DNA from: Takakia lepidozioides
Taxonomy: Eukaryota > Plantae > Bryophyta
Reading direction: 5' to 3'
Assembly (NCBI GenBank): GCA_030704615.1
Contig: CM060732.1
Span: 30,566,001 to 30,630,000 of the forward strand
DNA: 64,000 nt
Below the pieces are notes generated by a model. It was not told the origin of the DNA and did not search any database. It saw nothing but the letters and a program-made list of their open reading frames with translations. The position numbers and the translations under genes were made by a program. This document shows positions 49,182 through 62,233 of the stretch, piece after piece; position 1 is the first letter of the stretch; every line of letters begins with the position of its first letter.

Positions 49182-52100
49182 GAGGACGTGATTTCCGCGT
49201 GAGCGTAAGAGCGTACGCTCACGCGGAGGTGATCATGATGTGGCGTGAGCGCAGGCTCACACCAGCTGATGTGGCGTGAGCGTGGGGTCGCGCTGACGTG
49301 GCGTGGGCCTGTTGATGTGTCGTTGTCCTGCTGACGTGGCAGTCGTCCGTCATCAAAAACATATAGCACCTATAGCCGAGGGGCCTATAGCCATGGCATT
49401 CATTCATGCAAAACACCAGAAATTAAATTGCAGGAACGACTTGTGAAAGCATTTGCATCCATTCCATTTATTTTCGAGCAACTACACACAAGAAAGAAAT
49501 GGCACACATTGCACAACATAATTGGAGGTTGCATTGGCATCAAATATATGAAGGGACATCAAGTTCAAGTTTCAACTCTTGTGAAATGCAGTTATGGAAT
49601 TTGCAGTTGACCAAAGTGAAGAGGATGCTATGTGCTCCTATCCCGCTGCATAAGTGTATTCACCTCGTTGAAACTCATGGTGGCCTGGTGAATGAAGATG
49701 TCGCGTCTGGGATCACAAACCATTCTATTCAAGAAGATAAAATACAGATGCTTGCAGGGTATAAATTTGCCTGTCTTTCCCAAACTTGTTGTAAGCATGC
49801 CAACAAAATCAGGACAGGTGCAGTTGGGGAAATTTGAAACTGTGATGTCGTACAACCGGTCGTGCATAGCGGATGTGGAGGTCATCATAGTGTAGATTCG
49901 TCCATACTCGGGATGTGGAACTTCCGTAGTGCTTGTAACACGACCTTGAAGCATTCGAGCGGATTCTACCTTGCCGAAATGCTCGGCAGTCGGAGGGAAA
50001 CGACGAACCAGCTTCCCATTTCGTTTTGTTGGCCATGCATCAGCGTTCGGTGGTGACACTCCAGAACTTGCTGAAGTAGAAGCAGCTGCATGTACAGAGG
50101 GGGCTCGCTGAAAGGAGAAGCCTGCCTCCTCCAACATGGCAATCTCATGAGTTGTGAGATGTGTCCCCACCTTCACAGGCCAAACGCTTGGTGGAGGAGG
50201 CTTCATGACAACCGATGGTCGCACAGTCCCACGCACGCACCTACCACAGTCGTCAGGGCAGAACCAAAATTTGTGGTTCTTCACCTCGGCTTGCCCGTAA
50301 GGCGTGAACAAACTAGTGAAGGTCGGAGCCGGAGTGCGGACCTTGCCTCTGGATATGGAGGACTTGCATTTCTCATGATTGGTTGCTCTGATTGCCGTGC
50401 ACTTCACTCGAGACCTAGCAGTGGTGCGTTCTATGTGCCGGACTTCGTCGGGGCACATGGACTCCACCACAAGGGGGAGCACGTTCGCGGCCTCCTGCCC
50501 CATTGCACTCACTGTGGGAGATGGCTGCCTTTGGCTTTGTGACAAAGGATCGTCCGCATTGGATATGCCGGAAACGAACCTCTGATGAAATGGAACACGC
50601 GGCATGGAGAAGTTGTCCCTGTCCAGCCTGTGGGAGTCCACATCCGACCCAGGAGGGGTGTTCAATTTCCATTTACAAGACCCGAATCTCTCCTCACCCT
50701 CCAGATGGGGAGCTCTGGACACCAGTGGAGTTCCTTCCGCACACATGCTGACAGCCCTGGCAATCTTGTTCGGATCCCCTGATCTTCTTGCTGCTTGCAA
50801 CATCAACTCGGACTTGTCTGGACCCTTGCCACCAACGCCACCCCGCAAGAACTCCCGATATCTCTATGTTGCAGTAGAGTTTGAATCAGATCATCTGCCG
50901 TCGCCACATACAAATCCCGGCCCCGCTTTCCAGATTGCTGCAACCATACATTGTGCACTGTCTCCGCAAGATTGCAAGAGGGCATGTCCGCCATCTCTTC
51001 AATTGAGAAGTGCTGCAAAATGGAATAACATACATCAGAAAGAGGACAGGCACACCCCACCACAACAGACATGATTGGAAATGGATACAAACTCAATGAA
51101 ATTTGCAAGTTTTCAAATGCATGCACCGTTGTCATGCATGCTCCCCATTGTCTGTACCGGAAGTGCCAAAATGCCAACCAGTCTTCTAGCGCTCTCATAC
51201 TGTCTTCTGATGCAGCCCCAGATGAGAACCACCAGGCACAAATTGTCTGAAACAATGTATTCGCCTCTGCCATGCTTTTGGCATCTTTGTACTGTTTGTA
51301 TAGCCTAAGATGAATAGGTTGCATTTCCGGTTTGATGTCTGCCTTTGTATGTTTCTCAAGGGACTGGGTCCAATGGAAAGACATGTTCGCTCTCTTCCTG
51401 ACATTGGCACCTTTGGATCTCCTGATCCAAACACAATGCGAATAGCATTGAAATTCGCTTGAGCACTGTCGGCCATAAATCCGGCGAAATTTGGAGATGG
51501 GAGACCCTGGGAGTCCATAACGCGAATGAGACTTCTCCACATTAGCTGCTGCGAATCCGCATCCTCTGATTGCATGTCACACACTGCAATTGTCATGACT
51601 CGCTGGTAGAAAGGATCATAAACATGACATGCCATTGTAGTCCAGTCTTTCACTCGTTTGACGTGATCAAACATAAGGAAACATTTCTGAAGATCGCCAC
51701 CCTTCTGCATGCGCTTCACAAGACTGACTCCGCTGCCCTCCCCGGCTGTGAACATTATGAAAAGGTACACTTTGTTCGATCCTTGACCTGGGAACACACT
51801 CTCTTGAATGTAGTCATACCTACTCCGTCGCTTCAACTCGAAAATGTTATCAACATACCATCTGTTAGCAGAGCCCATCCTCAATGCATTCACCTGGTTT
51901 TTAATGTTCGGCGAGCTCAAGGTAGAGAAATGATCATTAAAATTGTCCAAGGCTGCCCCGTCGAGTTTCCTGCCCACAGAATCTCCTTCACTAAGAATAT
52001 GGGTTTCCAGGAAAGTCTTGCTTGCTCTGTCAAGTTATTTTACCACTAGTGTGAAACTAGCTAGCTTTTACATATTGACATTTGGGATTGGCCCAAGTGT

Positions 52101-53593
52101 CAATCCAGGGGTCAAGGCAGATTTAGGCCCTAGAGTGGTTATCTTCACGGCAAGCGCGGGAGGCTCGAGTTGAGCCTCACCGCAGCTATGGCGCCGTAGT
52201 GTGGATTCCCATGGCGTGGGGTGCACTTGGCTTGACTTGTATTTGAGTGATGAGGTTATATATGCATGAGTTTATGCTTCAGCTTTGTGAGCTCGCATGA
52301 GCTTGTGCTTGTATTCCTCATCTTCATCACTCGAGAAAGATCAGCTCGTATCTGTGAGTGCCAAATACGAGTTAGTTATAGCACTTGTGGTTTTTGCTTG
52401 AGATGAGAGAAACCAGGTTGTTCAAGAACAATTGTGGAGGTGGTGGCTGTTGGATTGCTCTCATACTCTTGTCTTATCAACCTGGATATTGTTTCAACGC
52501 TTTCCCTGTAATCCCCCTTCGACACTGGATGGTTGTGGAACCCGAAATGCATACCGGCTCTAGTCAAGGTTGGAAAATGGTGCACCGCATAATACATTCT
52601 TGCTCCACACACTGCCACACAGGAAGGCGCTCGTTTGCAGAACTTGCAAACAAACGTGTTGGAGCTTGAAGGTGCTTCACCGGGCTTGAAAGGATTCTCG
52701 GCGACACCCTCCCACTCGCTCTGGTTTTGAACCTCTGACCGCAGGAAATGTCTGCAACTCAAATTCTCGCACCTCAGGTGCCCATTGCACACCGCTCTCC
52801 TGAACACGAGCTTGTCATCATTTTGAATATTGGATGTCTTCGTTCTGCACCATGGGTGTCCATCGTGTCTCTTGTCCATCTCGTGCATCAGGCTCGAAAC
52901 AGGTCCACCCCGCCCAGGTGGAGGCAACTCGAAGACAACATCCCCATCAAAAGATTTCGGAAGGTACTGCACACGCTCAACAGGGACAGTGTCCTAGTCA
53001 ATCCCCCGCAATTCACTCTCGAAACCGGGCATTCCTCCCATTGACTTCAGTTTAGGAATGACACTACACAGGTCCTTCAATTCCGGCACCACGACCACCG
53101 GAGAAGGAGCCACAAAAGGAATTTTCGGGACGTCCTTCTCCGAGGAGTCGGAGAGCTCAACAATTTGTCTGGAAGTTGTGGGCTCCGTCTTCACGACCAC
53201 ATTCCTCTTGTCTTGAACAACAAAAGCAGCAGTTCCCGGCGTCACATACGAACCAATCGACTGCCGGCGAGGAACTCCAAGGACTCTGTATCTTCCTAGA
53301 GGAACTCTCCACTGACTCATAAGTGTGTTTTCATCCGGTTTCTGGAAAGCATACTTCTTCAACTTCCCATCGACACCGTAAACCTCTCTTTCCAGCCACA
53401 CAGTACCATACTGGAACTCAAAACGCGTTGCTAGGAGATGTTCCTCCGCAATTGCAAAACCATTGTCATCGGTCTCCTTCAAGAAAGGTACTGGTTTCTC
53501 CACAGAGCAAAACTCCGCTTTGGAGGAAGCCATATTGCTACAAGAGAAATTCCCTCGTAGAAGTGCGGAAGCCACAAAGTGTGGAACCCACAA
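49182..53593 (-). mobile_element. Mutator-like element B: left TIR plus degenerate GCM-like/MULE/SWIM transposase
   Basis: MDKRHDGHPWCRTKTSN...CNGHLRCENLSC (GCM-like), MFDHVKRVKDWTTMACHVYD, FMADSAQANF, SWIM finger PNCTCPDF...PCKHLY; contains frameshifts and a ~370-bp insertion at ~52022-52390. Confidence 0.85.
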
Positions 53594-54846
53594 CTTCTGT
53601 GCGGATTCTTGTTACAAACGATAGTGGGGATTACGTTTCTCATGCTTTGCATTTCCGACGGAAACCTAGAAGTCCGTTACCTTAACTAACAAGGTCAGCA
53701 AAGGACAACACGTCATGTATGTCCCAAACCGTTTTGGAAGGGTCAGCCAAGACCTATTTCAAAATCTGACATACCGTTAAACAGCCTTTCAGAAACAGTT
53801 GTCAAAACAGTTCATAAAACAGTTGTTTAGCAGTTATGTGCCTTTACCGACCCATGTAAATTGACGGCGGAGACCGACATCACATGCCACCCCAATGTGA
53901 TCAGCCACGTGGAACGCGACAATGCATTGAGTGTAGGATTTAAGAGGAATCGGCGGCGAACGAATGGAAGATGTTGATCCGGGAGAATCCAAAAATCTAC
54001 TGAAATAAGTCATCCATCCAAATCAAACCCATGCGATGGCCATACCTCCATAATGAAAGACGGCAGCCACTGTAGAATGGACGAATGTGCCGTTAGGAGG
54101 GGGACATGTATGCAGTGAATACATGCATAACCGCCGAGAACGATGCCCCGGCTGCTACTCATCGCACGACGTCTCTCATTCCAGTAGATCGTAGTTTTTC
54201 AAGCTGGAAAGTAGTAGGAGACAGAGTTCTGCGCGAGAGAGTGGAAGGCGTAGAAGACAGTCATTCTTTTTTACTTCAGCGCGAGAGATGAAGAAGGCAA
54301 GAGAAAGAATGAAAGGCCGAAAGCTGAATATGACACTGAAGAAGATCGCAGAGGAGAGCACAGCCCTGGAAACCGAACAGATGGCGGGGGAGGACCAGCC
54401 GCCAGCTCTTGATGAAGTTGGGGACGAAACTGCGTCAGAAGACGACACAGACGCTATGGACACAAACGAGGCATACGCTCTTACGATGGAATCCACGCCG
54501 AAGGGAAAGAACGTCGTGGAGGAGGAGGCGACGCCGAAGGTTAAGAAGGCTGCCCAAACAGGGAGGACGACCGTCGATGTTGTTACATCAAAGGCATCTG
54601 GGAGTTCTTCGGCCAAAGGACCTCAGGTGATTCTATTACTTGCCATATTCTGTCAAGTTTCCAGGGCATGAAAACTGCGTGCACTGGCGCACACAATTTT
54701 CTTGCCCTCTTTTCTGCTATTTCTTTCTTTATAATTCAGAGTAAGACCACAGGGATGTAGGCAATGCATAACAACCAAACCCAAGTGTGACCCACTTTTC
54801 ACTTTTCACTTTTCATGTACTGTATAGGAGGAGAGACGTTCACATT

Positions 54847-55111
54847 CACATCTGCTGTAACATCCCAAGTAGTTCGATTAGAGTTCGACAGTTGAGAGAA
54901 GGTGAGTTTGACGCACGCAATTTCTGGAGGTTCTCTCACACTCACCTTCTCTCCGCTGCGACAGCAGCCCTGAATAGGCAGAAAGGTGAGTGTGAGAGAA
55001 CCCCCAGAAATTGTGTGCCTTGACGCACGCAATTTCTGGGAGTTCTCTCATACACACCTCTCTCAGCTGTCGAACTATAATCGAACTATTTGGGATGTTA
55101 CAGCAGATGTG
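54847..55111. mobile_element. MITE-like foldback element
   Basis: ~55-bp terminal inverted repeats (cacatctgctgtaacatcccaa.../...ttgggatgttacagcagatgtg) plus an inner hairpin. Confidence 0.75.
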
Positions 55112-55129
55112 ATAGAAATAAAAGTTTCA

Positions 55130-56870
55130 ACTTACTGGCAGTCGCAATATTTTCAGAAATTAAAAATATACAAGCGACCACCAGTAATGGTCGCTCTATT
55201 TAAAAAAAATTAAAATAAGCGACCGCAATAACAAGCGGTCACAACATTTTCAGAAATTAAAAATATACAAGCGACCGCCAGAAATGGCCATCGCTATATT
55301 TATAAATAAATAAAAAACAAAAGCGACCGCCAATAATGGCGGTGACACATAAATTGTGTGGAGAGGAAGTGAGGGGAGAATGAGCCTCCTTGGCTTATCT
55401 CCCCCCCCCCTCTCATTCCTCGGTCCACGCGTAAGGGCACACCTTCTAGAAGCGACCGCCGCCGTGGCGGTCGCTATATTTAAAAAAAACAACAAAAAAA
55501 CGACCAACATTACTAGCAGTCGCTCTATTAAAAAAATTAAACAATAAAAGCGACTGCCAGTAACGACGGTCGCTCTATTAAAAATAAAAATAAAAATAAA
55601 AACGGACCGCCATTACTGGCAATCGCAACATTTTCAGAAATTAAAAATATACAAGCGACCACCAGTAATGGTGGTCGCTCTATTTTAAAAAATGAAAAAT
55701 TACAGCAACCGCCATAATTGGCGATCGCAACATTTTCAGAAATAAAAAATATACAAGCGAACGCCACTAATGGCCGTCGCTCTATTTAAAAATAAATAAA
55801 TAAACAAAAACGACCGCCAATAATGGCCACCGCTATATTTTTATTTTATTTTAAAAAATACGACCGCCATTACTGACAGTCGCGATATTTTCAAAAAATA
55901 AAAATAAACAAGCGACCGCCAATAATGGCGGTTGGTCTATTTTTTTAATAGAAAATGACCAACAATAATGGCGGTCGCTCAATTTAAAAATAAATGAAAA
56001 TAAAAGTGATTGTCATTAATGACAGTCGCTGCATTTTCAGAAACTAAAAATATTCAAGCGACCACCAATACTGGCGGTCGCTGCATTTCTGAAATTAAGA
56101 GTATTTGTTTTAATAATTTCAATAATTTTACTATTTTTAAAATAAAGCGACCCCCAATAATGGCGATCGCTCTATTTTAAAATAAATAAAATAAATGCGA
56201 CCAACATTAATGGCGGTGGCTGCATTTTCTGTAATATTTTTTAAAAATATTTTCACTATTTTTTACTATTTTTACTATTGTTTAATATTTCTACTGTTTT
56301 TTAATATTTTTAAATTAAACTGTCCGCCATATTATGGCAGTCGTTGTTTTGGTTTGTTTTTGTTTTTGTTTTGTTTTTTAATTAAAGCGACTGCCATATT
56401 ATTGCGGTCGCTGGTTTTTTATTATGTTTAAAATATAACGACTGCCATATTATGGCGGTCACTGGTTTTTTTTAATATATATTTAAAATAAAGCGATCGC
56501 CATATTATGGTGGTCGCTGGTTTTTTAATATATTTGAAAAATAAAGCGACCACCATATTATGGCGGTCGCTTGCTTTTTATGTATTATTGAAAACAAGCG
56601 ACTGCCAATTCTGGCGGTCGCTTGTTTTTTATATATTTTCAAAATTATGTCATCCCAATATGGTGGTTGCTATTCTTTTATAAAAAAATAGGCGACCGCC
56701 AATGCGACCGCCAATTTTGTTTTTTTTATAATAAAATTTTAAGCGAACGTCATGTTGGTTGTCGCTCTTATTTCTAAAATTCTAAAATATAAAGCGACCA
56801 CCAGAATTGGCGGTCGCTTTCATTTTATTATTTTCCAAAATGTATTTGCCACCGCCACTGTGTCGGCGAC
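55130..56870. repeat. Array of ~24-bp palindromes GCGACCGCC-N6-GGCGGTCGC with AT-rich spacers
   Basis: About 30 degenerate copies visible. Confidence 0.9.
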
Positions 56871-57235
56871 GTGGCTGCTTAAGTGACAATATTTTACCAA
56901 GTACTTTTTTACTAGAATATTCCCGGAACCTGACGTGACAGAGGTCATGTCAGCGTCAGGTCTGACGTGACCCGACGCTGACGGATGGACGTGACGCTGA
57001 TAACCGGGGTTTCAAGTAAAAGTTTCAAGTACTAACTCATGAAAGTTTATTCAAAAATAGATGTCGGTGCATTGTAAATAGCTGTATGAACATTTATCGA
57101 TAACAAAATTTTGTTTTAATTGTAATAAATAGTGACAACTTACAAATTTTGTTGGTAGATACTAATAAGCGGTACATAGTCGATACATTTATTGTAGTAC
57201 TTGATTTTTTTATTTCCCTAAAAAGTTGCAGGGGC

Positions 57236-57272
<37 letters not shown>

Positions 57273-57284
57273 TATTTCTCTTCT

Positions 57285-57810
57285 TAGTAGGACTGTCCTA
57301 AGGAGTCCTAAGGGCAATTATTATTATTATTATTATTTTCTTCCTCTTAGGATTCCTTAGGACTGTCCTAATGAGTCCTAAGGGCAATAATAAATTTTAA
57401 GAAAAAATCATTTTATTCTTTTCTTAGGACTCCTTAGGATAGTCCTAAGGAGTCCTAAGTGCATATATATATATATATATTCTTCTTCATAGGACTCCTT
57501 AGGACTATCCTAGGGAGTCCTGAGAGCAATTTTAAATAACATTTTCTTTTCTTTTTTTTATGATTTTTTAGGACAGTCCTAAGGAGTTTTAAGGGCATAT
57601 ATATATATATATATATATATTCTTCCTCTTAGGACTCCTTAGGACTATCCTAAAGAGTCCTAAGGACAATTATATATATATATATATATTTCCTCCTCTT
57701 AGGACTCCTTAGGACTGTCCTAAGGAGTCCTTAGGGCAATTATAAATATATATTTTTTCTTTTTTGAGGACTCCTTAGGACTGTCCTAAGGAGTCCTAAG
57801 GGCAATTATA
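57285..57810. repeat. Array of palindromes TTAGGACTCCTTAGGAC-T-GTCCTAAGGAGTCCTAA separated by (TA)n/AT-rich spacers
   Basis: About 8 copies visible. Confidence 0.9.
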
Positions 57811-59282
57811 AATAACATTTATTTTTTATTTTATTTTATTTTCTGTGTGTTGAAATAGACAAAGAAATGAGTAAATTTCAGATGGTAGAAAATTGCGTGC
57901 GTTGAAGCACGCAATTTCTGCAAGTTTTTTCTACATGCGAAACCTATCACTTAGAGTGCAGACGAAGAAAACGAAAGGTGCTGCTCAGGTAGAGGACGAA
58001 GTGATTGAGCAGGAACTGGTGGTTGTTGAGGAGGAGGACGATGGCAGGCCATACGAAGACAGAGCGAAAGATCTGCTTTCCTTCTCCAAAGTGAATTCAG
58101 CCAGGGTCATCAAGGCCATGGGCGTCCTTGGGGTAAAAATAATGATACCCTTATGTCGTTTGATCTCCATGCCCTTTGTTCGACCAGCTCTGACGAATGA
58201 CATTCAAAAATTGGAACAGGATTTAGAGGGTCAGTCTGTTTTTTACGTCTCCTTGGCGGACTCCGCTGGCAGAGAGGTGTTGGTGGACGAGTCCATTGTT
58301 GGAGACTGGGATCCTATCTGGCGACAGATAAACGCGGAGTTCAAATCTATCATTTGCAAGAGGCTCGTCACCCAGCCTTTCTCAGGCAAGATATTTCATG
58401 TCTGGGATGGCAACCACCAATTGCTTGCCTGGAGGAACATGATCGAGAGATATCATAGCACCGAGGAGGAGTCACTACTCTGTGGCCTCAATGGTGCTGG
58501 ATCCCAAGGGAAACATCACTGCACTGTTGATGGCAATGCATGACGTTAACAAGTAAGTGTCTTCTTCACCTGTTATTGTTTGCAATTTTCCCTTGACTGT
58601 CTGTTCGCTTTTAGCACTCACCGACGACACACCACTGTATGTGCAGGGGAACTGAAACCGCCCATGTGACAACGAACCTTCTTCACACACTATTCAAGAT
58701 ACAAAATATCGGCCAGATGCCCCTCAATTCATTCAACAGCATCCTGAGTGCAGAGTCATTCAAGAAATGTTTGACATCGAAAACGTCAGATACCTAGTAC
58801 AAGCTGATGAGGGAATCATTCATGGAGTACATGTACACTGTAAGTATTCCATTGCTCTAGCCTTCCATTGTCTGTTGTGATTGTCAGTAACATTGTCTGT
58901 TGTGATCTCATTCCGGATTGCGTTTTGCAGCAAGAAATAGCTGAAGCTGGAGAGAGAGGAAAAACTGAGTATTATTTGAAAAACCCGGAGGGTATGAGGA
59001 CGTCCAAGGAAGTGGCGGAAGCCATGAAGTTTATGATGAATGAGATACGGAAGAAGCTCATGAGCGCTTTTGTGAAACAGCTGAGAATAGCTGACCCTGA
59101 TTTTGGTCCCGAGTTCCTTAACCAGGTGAGGATCCATTGGAACAATAACACCAAACCGGAGATGACACAGGAAAAGCTTCACCGCCATGTCGGCACAACA
59201 TGGTTTCAGGGAACCATTGACCCAACACTGCCCTTTCGAAACCTGAAAACAGACAGATGGCAAAAATTAAATAACTATCCAA

Positions 59283-60153
59283 AGCTGTCCCAGGAGTCAC
59301 AATGGAGCCATCGGATTGTCTCCTTTCACTTCGGAACACACGATATTTTCCAGGAAGAACTCTCCATTCCTTGTGTTTCTGTGCAACATGCGGTTTCTGG
59401 AACAACGTTCTTTGAACGTTTCCCTCCAAGTCATAAATCTCTTTCTCGACAGAAACACAGCCAATGTCAAGCTTGAACCTTGCTGCCAGAACCATGGTTG
59501 GAGATTTGGAATTCCAACCCAACTGTCAAGGATACATACTGCTTCCCTAGTCGTTCAAGGAAAGCGGCACGTAACTGTGAAGCAGGAGGACACCACTTCA
59601 ACAACTTTTGTCACACTGTCGGATTCCTCGGATGATGAATTCGCGGAAATACTAGCTCCCATGAACCGTCTTCCTGAAGGGGACGTCGATGTTTAGGAAA
59701 TCGTAAGCGTCATCCCACATCTTAAAGCATTGTCAGGAAAACCAGGATCCAAAAACGAGATCGCAGGGATACTATGGGATTCATTCGCAACAAAAATGGT
59801 TCAATTTCTTCCACCTTCCTTCGACGGTGACATCCTCTTTGAACTGAATCCACCAACTTGTGCTGGGGGTCTCGCAGGTCTCTTGCAAGGAATGGATAAA
59901 AAGCATGACGGCCATCCATGGTGCAGAACCAAAACGTCCAATATCCACAACAATGTTAACTTGACATTCAGAAGGAGGGTTTGTGTGGGGCATCTGAGAT
60001 GTGTGAATGGAAGTTGCCCGCGTTTCACGAAGAGCGGTGCTAAAAATGAGAGTGAGTGGGAAGGACTCTCCGACAATCTTTTTATCCCAGGTTGTGCCCC
60101 ACCGTCTGCCAGTACATTTGTTTGTAAGTTCTGCAAGGTGGCCCCCTCCTGCA
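59283..60153 (+). mobile_element. 5' half of a GCM-like MULE transposase (probably element A), rearranged
   Basis: Plus strand 59540-60153 reads SLVVQGKR...MDKKHDGHPWCRTKTSN...CKFCKVAPSC; the preceding N-terminal piece (...IVTPGTA) is on the minus strand at 59283-59520. Confidence 0.8.
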
Positions 60154-60370
60154 GGGGGATGCTTCTGCAGGGGGATGCTTCCGCATGAGCGTGAGCGGGC
60201 TCACGCCACGTCATCAATTATTGCCACGTTGGCTGACCGGTCTGACGCCACGTCAGCCGACCTCGCCAGTGTGCCCGACGCAACGTCACGTCATGCCACA
60301 TCATTTTCATAGGCATGGCCCTATAACCACGGACCAAACAGGCAAATGAGGGCCTATAGCCGCGGATTGC
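60154..60370 (+). repeat. MULE terminal inverted repeat (probably the right end of element B, inverted)
   Basis: GGGGGATGCTTCCGCATGAGCGTGAGC...GCCACGTCA...GGCCTATAGCCGCGG, similar to the ends at 29964 and 49182. Confidence 0.7.
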
Positions 60371-61259
60371 GCATTTGGCAGACAGGGAACCATGTGTGGG
60401 CGACGAGGCGAGGTGCAAAATAGAGTTTAGGGTTTGTTGGTGAATGTTGCAGAATGATAGTGTACGTAGAGACTGGAATGGTTGTGGATGTATTAATGTC
60501 CAGGTCATCAGTCTACAATGGTCCTTAGATGATTTAATGTCATGCTAATGTGGTATTTTACGTTGCTGTCATCAGTGTAGAATGGTTGTGGATGAGTTAA
60601 TGAGGATGAAGCAGAGCCAATGTGGATGGGACACTGTTAGTATGGATGAATGGGGATGAATAGTTGTGGACAAATGTGGATGAAATATCGTGAATGGATG
60701 ATAGAGTGGATGAATGTTGAGCGAGGATGTCATTCTAACATTTATGGAAACCAGGCACAACGATCAATGTCGTTTGCACAAACATTAGAAATTGCGCCTA
60801 AAATCCATCCTGAAGCACTTGATAAGATTTAATGAATGTCTGGCATTTGGGGAAAGGTAGACAGATGATAGCAACGTAGAATAAGACAACACAGCAGATG
60901 TGAGACTGATCTTTCATTTTGCGACTTTGTCCAAGTGCTTACTGCAACATTCTGGTGTGCAGCACGCTCCTCTTTAGCTGTCTTCTTCAGTGTCGACACA
61001 TTGCGAGCCATTTTAGCACTATACTTCCTGCAATGCACCACCTGACCACGCTAAACATGGGTTGGACTCCAATGCATATTGCGGCCCCTGCCACTGAGGT
61101 AGAAATGTGCACCTGTATGTTACGAGAGTACTGCAACTTTCATGGTTTTTCATCAAGACCATTATACAACAACATTCAAAATGAATTTGGCTCTCGTTTG
61201 TGCATGAGGAGGAATTCCGGGTCTTACAACATTGTGTAACAGAATTTGACAAAACGTCT

Positions 61260-61690
61260 GCCTTGTCCTTCTTGTTTGACCCATAACCAATGTTATGCAT
61301 GAGGATATTGTCCTTGAACTTGCGCTGAAACCGAGAGTCCACCAATCATCCCCTAGGTGCCTTGTCTTCTTGTTTGACCCATAACCAATGTTAGGCATGA
61401 GGATCCCGCCTTTGAACTTGCGCTGAAACCGAGAGTCCATACACCATCCACTAGGTGCACTGTTTTCTTGTTTGAACCATAACCAATGTTACGCATCAGG
61501 ATGTTGCCCTTGAACTTGCGTTGAACCCGAGAGTCCGCAAATCATCCCCTACGTGCCTTGTCTTCTTGTTTGACCCATAACCAATGTTAGGCATCAGGAG
61601 GCTGCCTTTGAACTTGCGTTGGACTGAGAGTCAATGCATACATCATCCCCTAGGTGCCTTGTCTTCTTGTTTGACCCATAACCAACCATT
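61260..61690. repeat. ~100-bp tandem repeat, 4-5 copies
   Basis: cttgtttgacccataaccaatgtt recurs at ~61271, 61368, 61467, 61566 and 61666. Confidence 0.88.
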
Positions 61691-62233
61691 TGCTGTACAT
61701 TACAATCAAAGCCTACAAGCCAGGATACAACTATCCACTGTATGAAGTGCATAGAAGCCACTATTGTAAATGCATACACGGCCCGAAAATGAGAAACCAT
61801 CTTTTAACGACATTACAACGAACAGGCACAAATTTTATTACAAAGTTGTGGAGGGACACAAAATGTTTGAAACTGTGAACATCACGAGACCCCCCAAAAT
61901 GATGAAATTTGCATTTCAGTCACTAGAACTATCCCCTGAAACTTGAGCAGTATCATCGACGTAAACCCGAGCTCCGAGGTGCCTGTTGTGCTTTCGAGCA
62001 CATGGGGGAGATAACATGAAACTCTGTTGACGAGCAATGGCCTCCGCATAGTCGGGTAGGATGTATGAACATAGAGGGCTGCACCACAAGTCACTATGAA
62101 TAAAAGAGACGTCGACCAAAGGAATAGCTTCCAATATCTTGCCATCCAAAGAACCACAATTGCATTAGCCACCATTAATGGGAAAGGGGGGGCCATTTTT
62201 CGCGGGAGAAATCGGATGCTTACAGAAAACAAC

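Larger units (their letters stand above)
54288..59210 (+). pseudogene. MULE accessory gene, 5' part: basic/acidic exon 1 (54288-54626), long repeat-filled intron, ParB/Srx-like domain exon (~57955-58552) and further exons
   Basis: MPFVRPALTNDIQKLEQD...FYVSL...FHVWDGNHQLLAW resembles the ParB-N VRP/DGNHR signature; oriented divergently from transposase B. Confidence 0.65.

Noticed and set aside
55130-56870. CRISPR-like repeat-spacer appearance (also 28320-28990 and 57285-57810)
   Set aside because: The repeats are degenerate, the spacers are low-complexity and similar to each other, there are no cas genes and the context is eukaryotic TE
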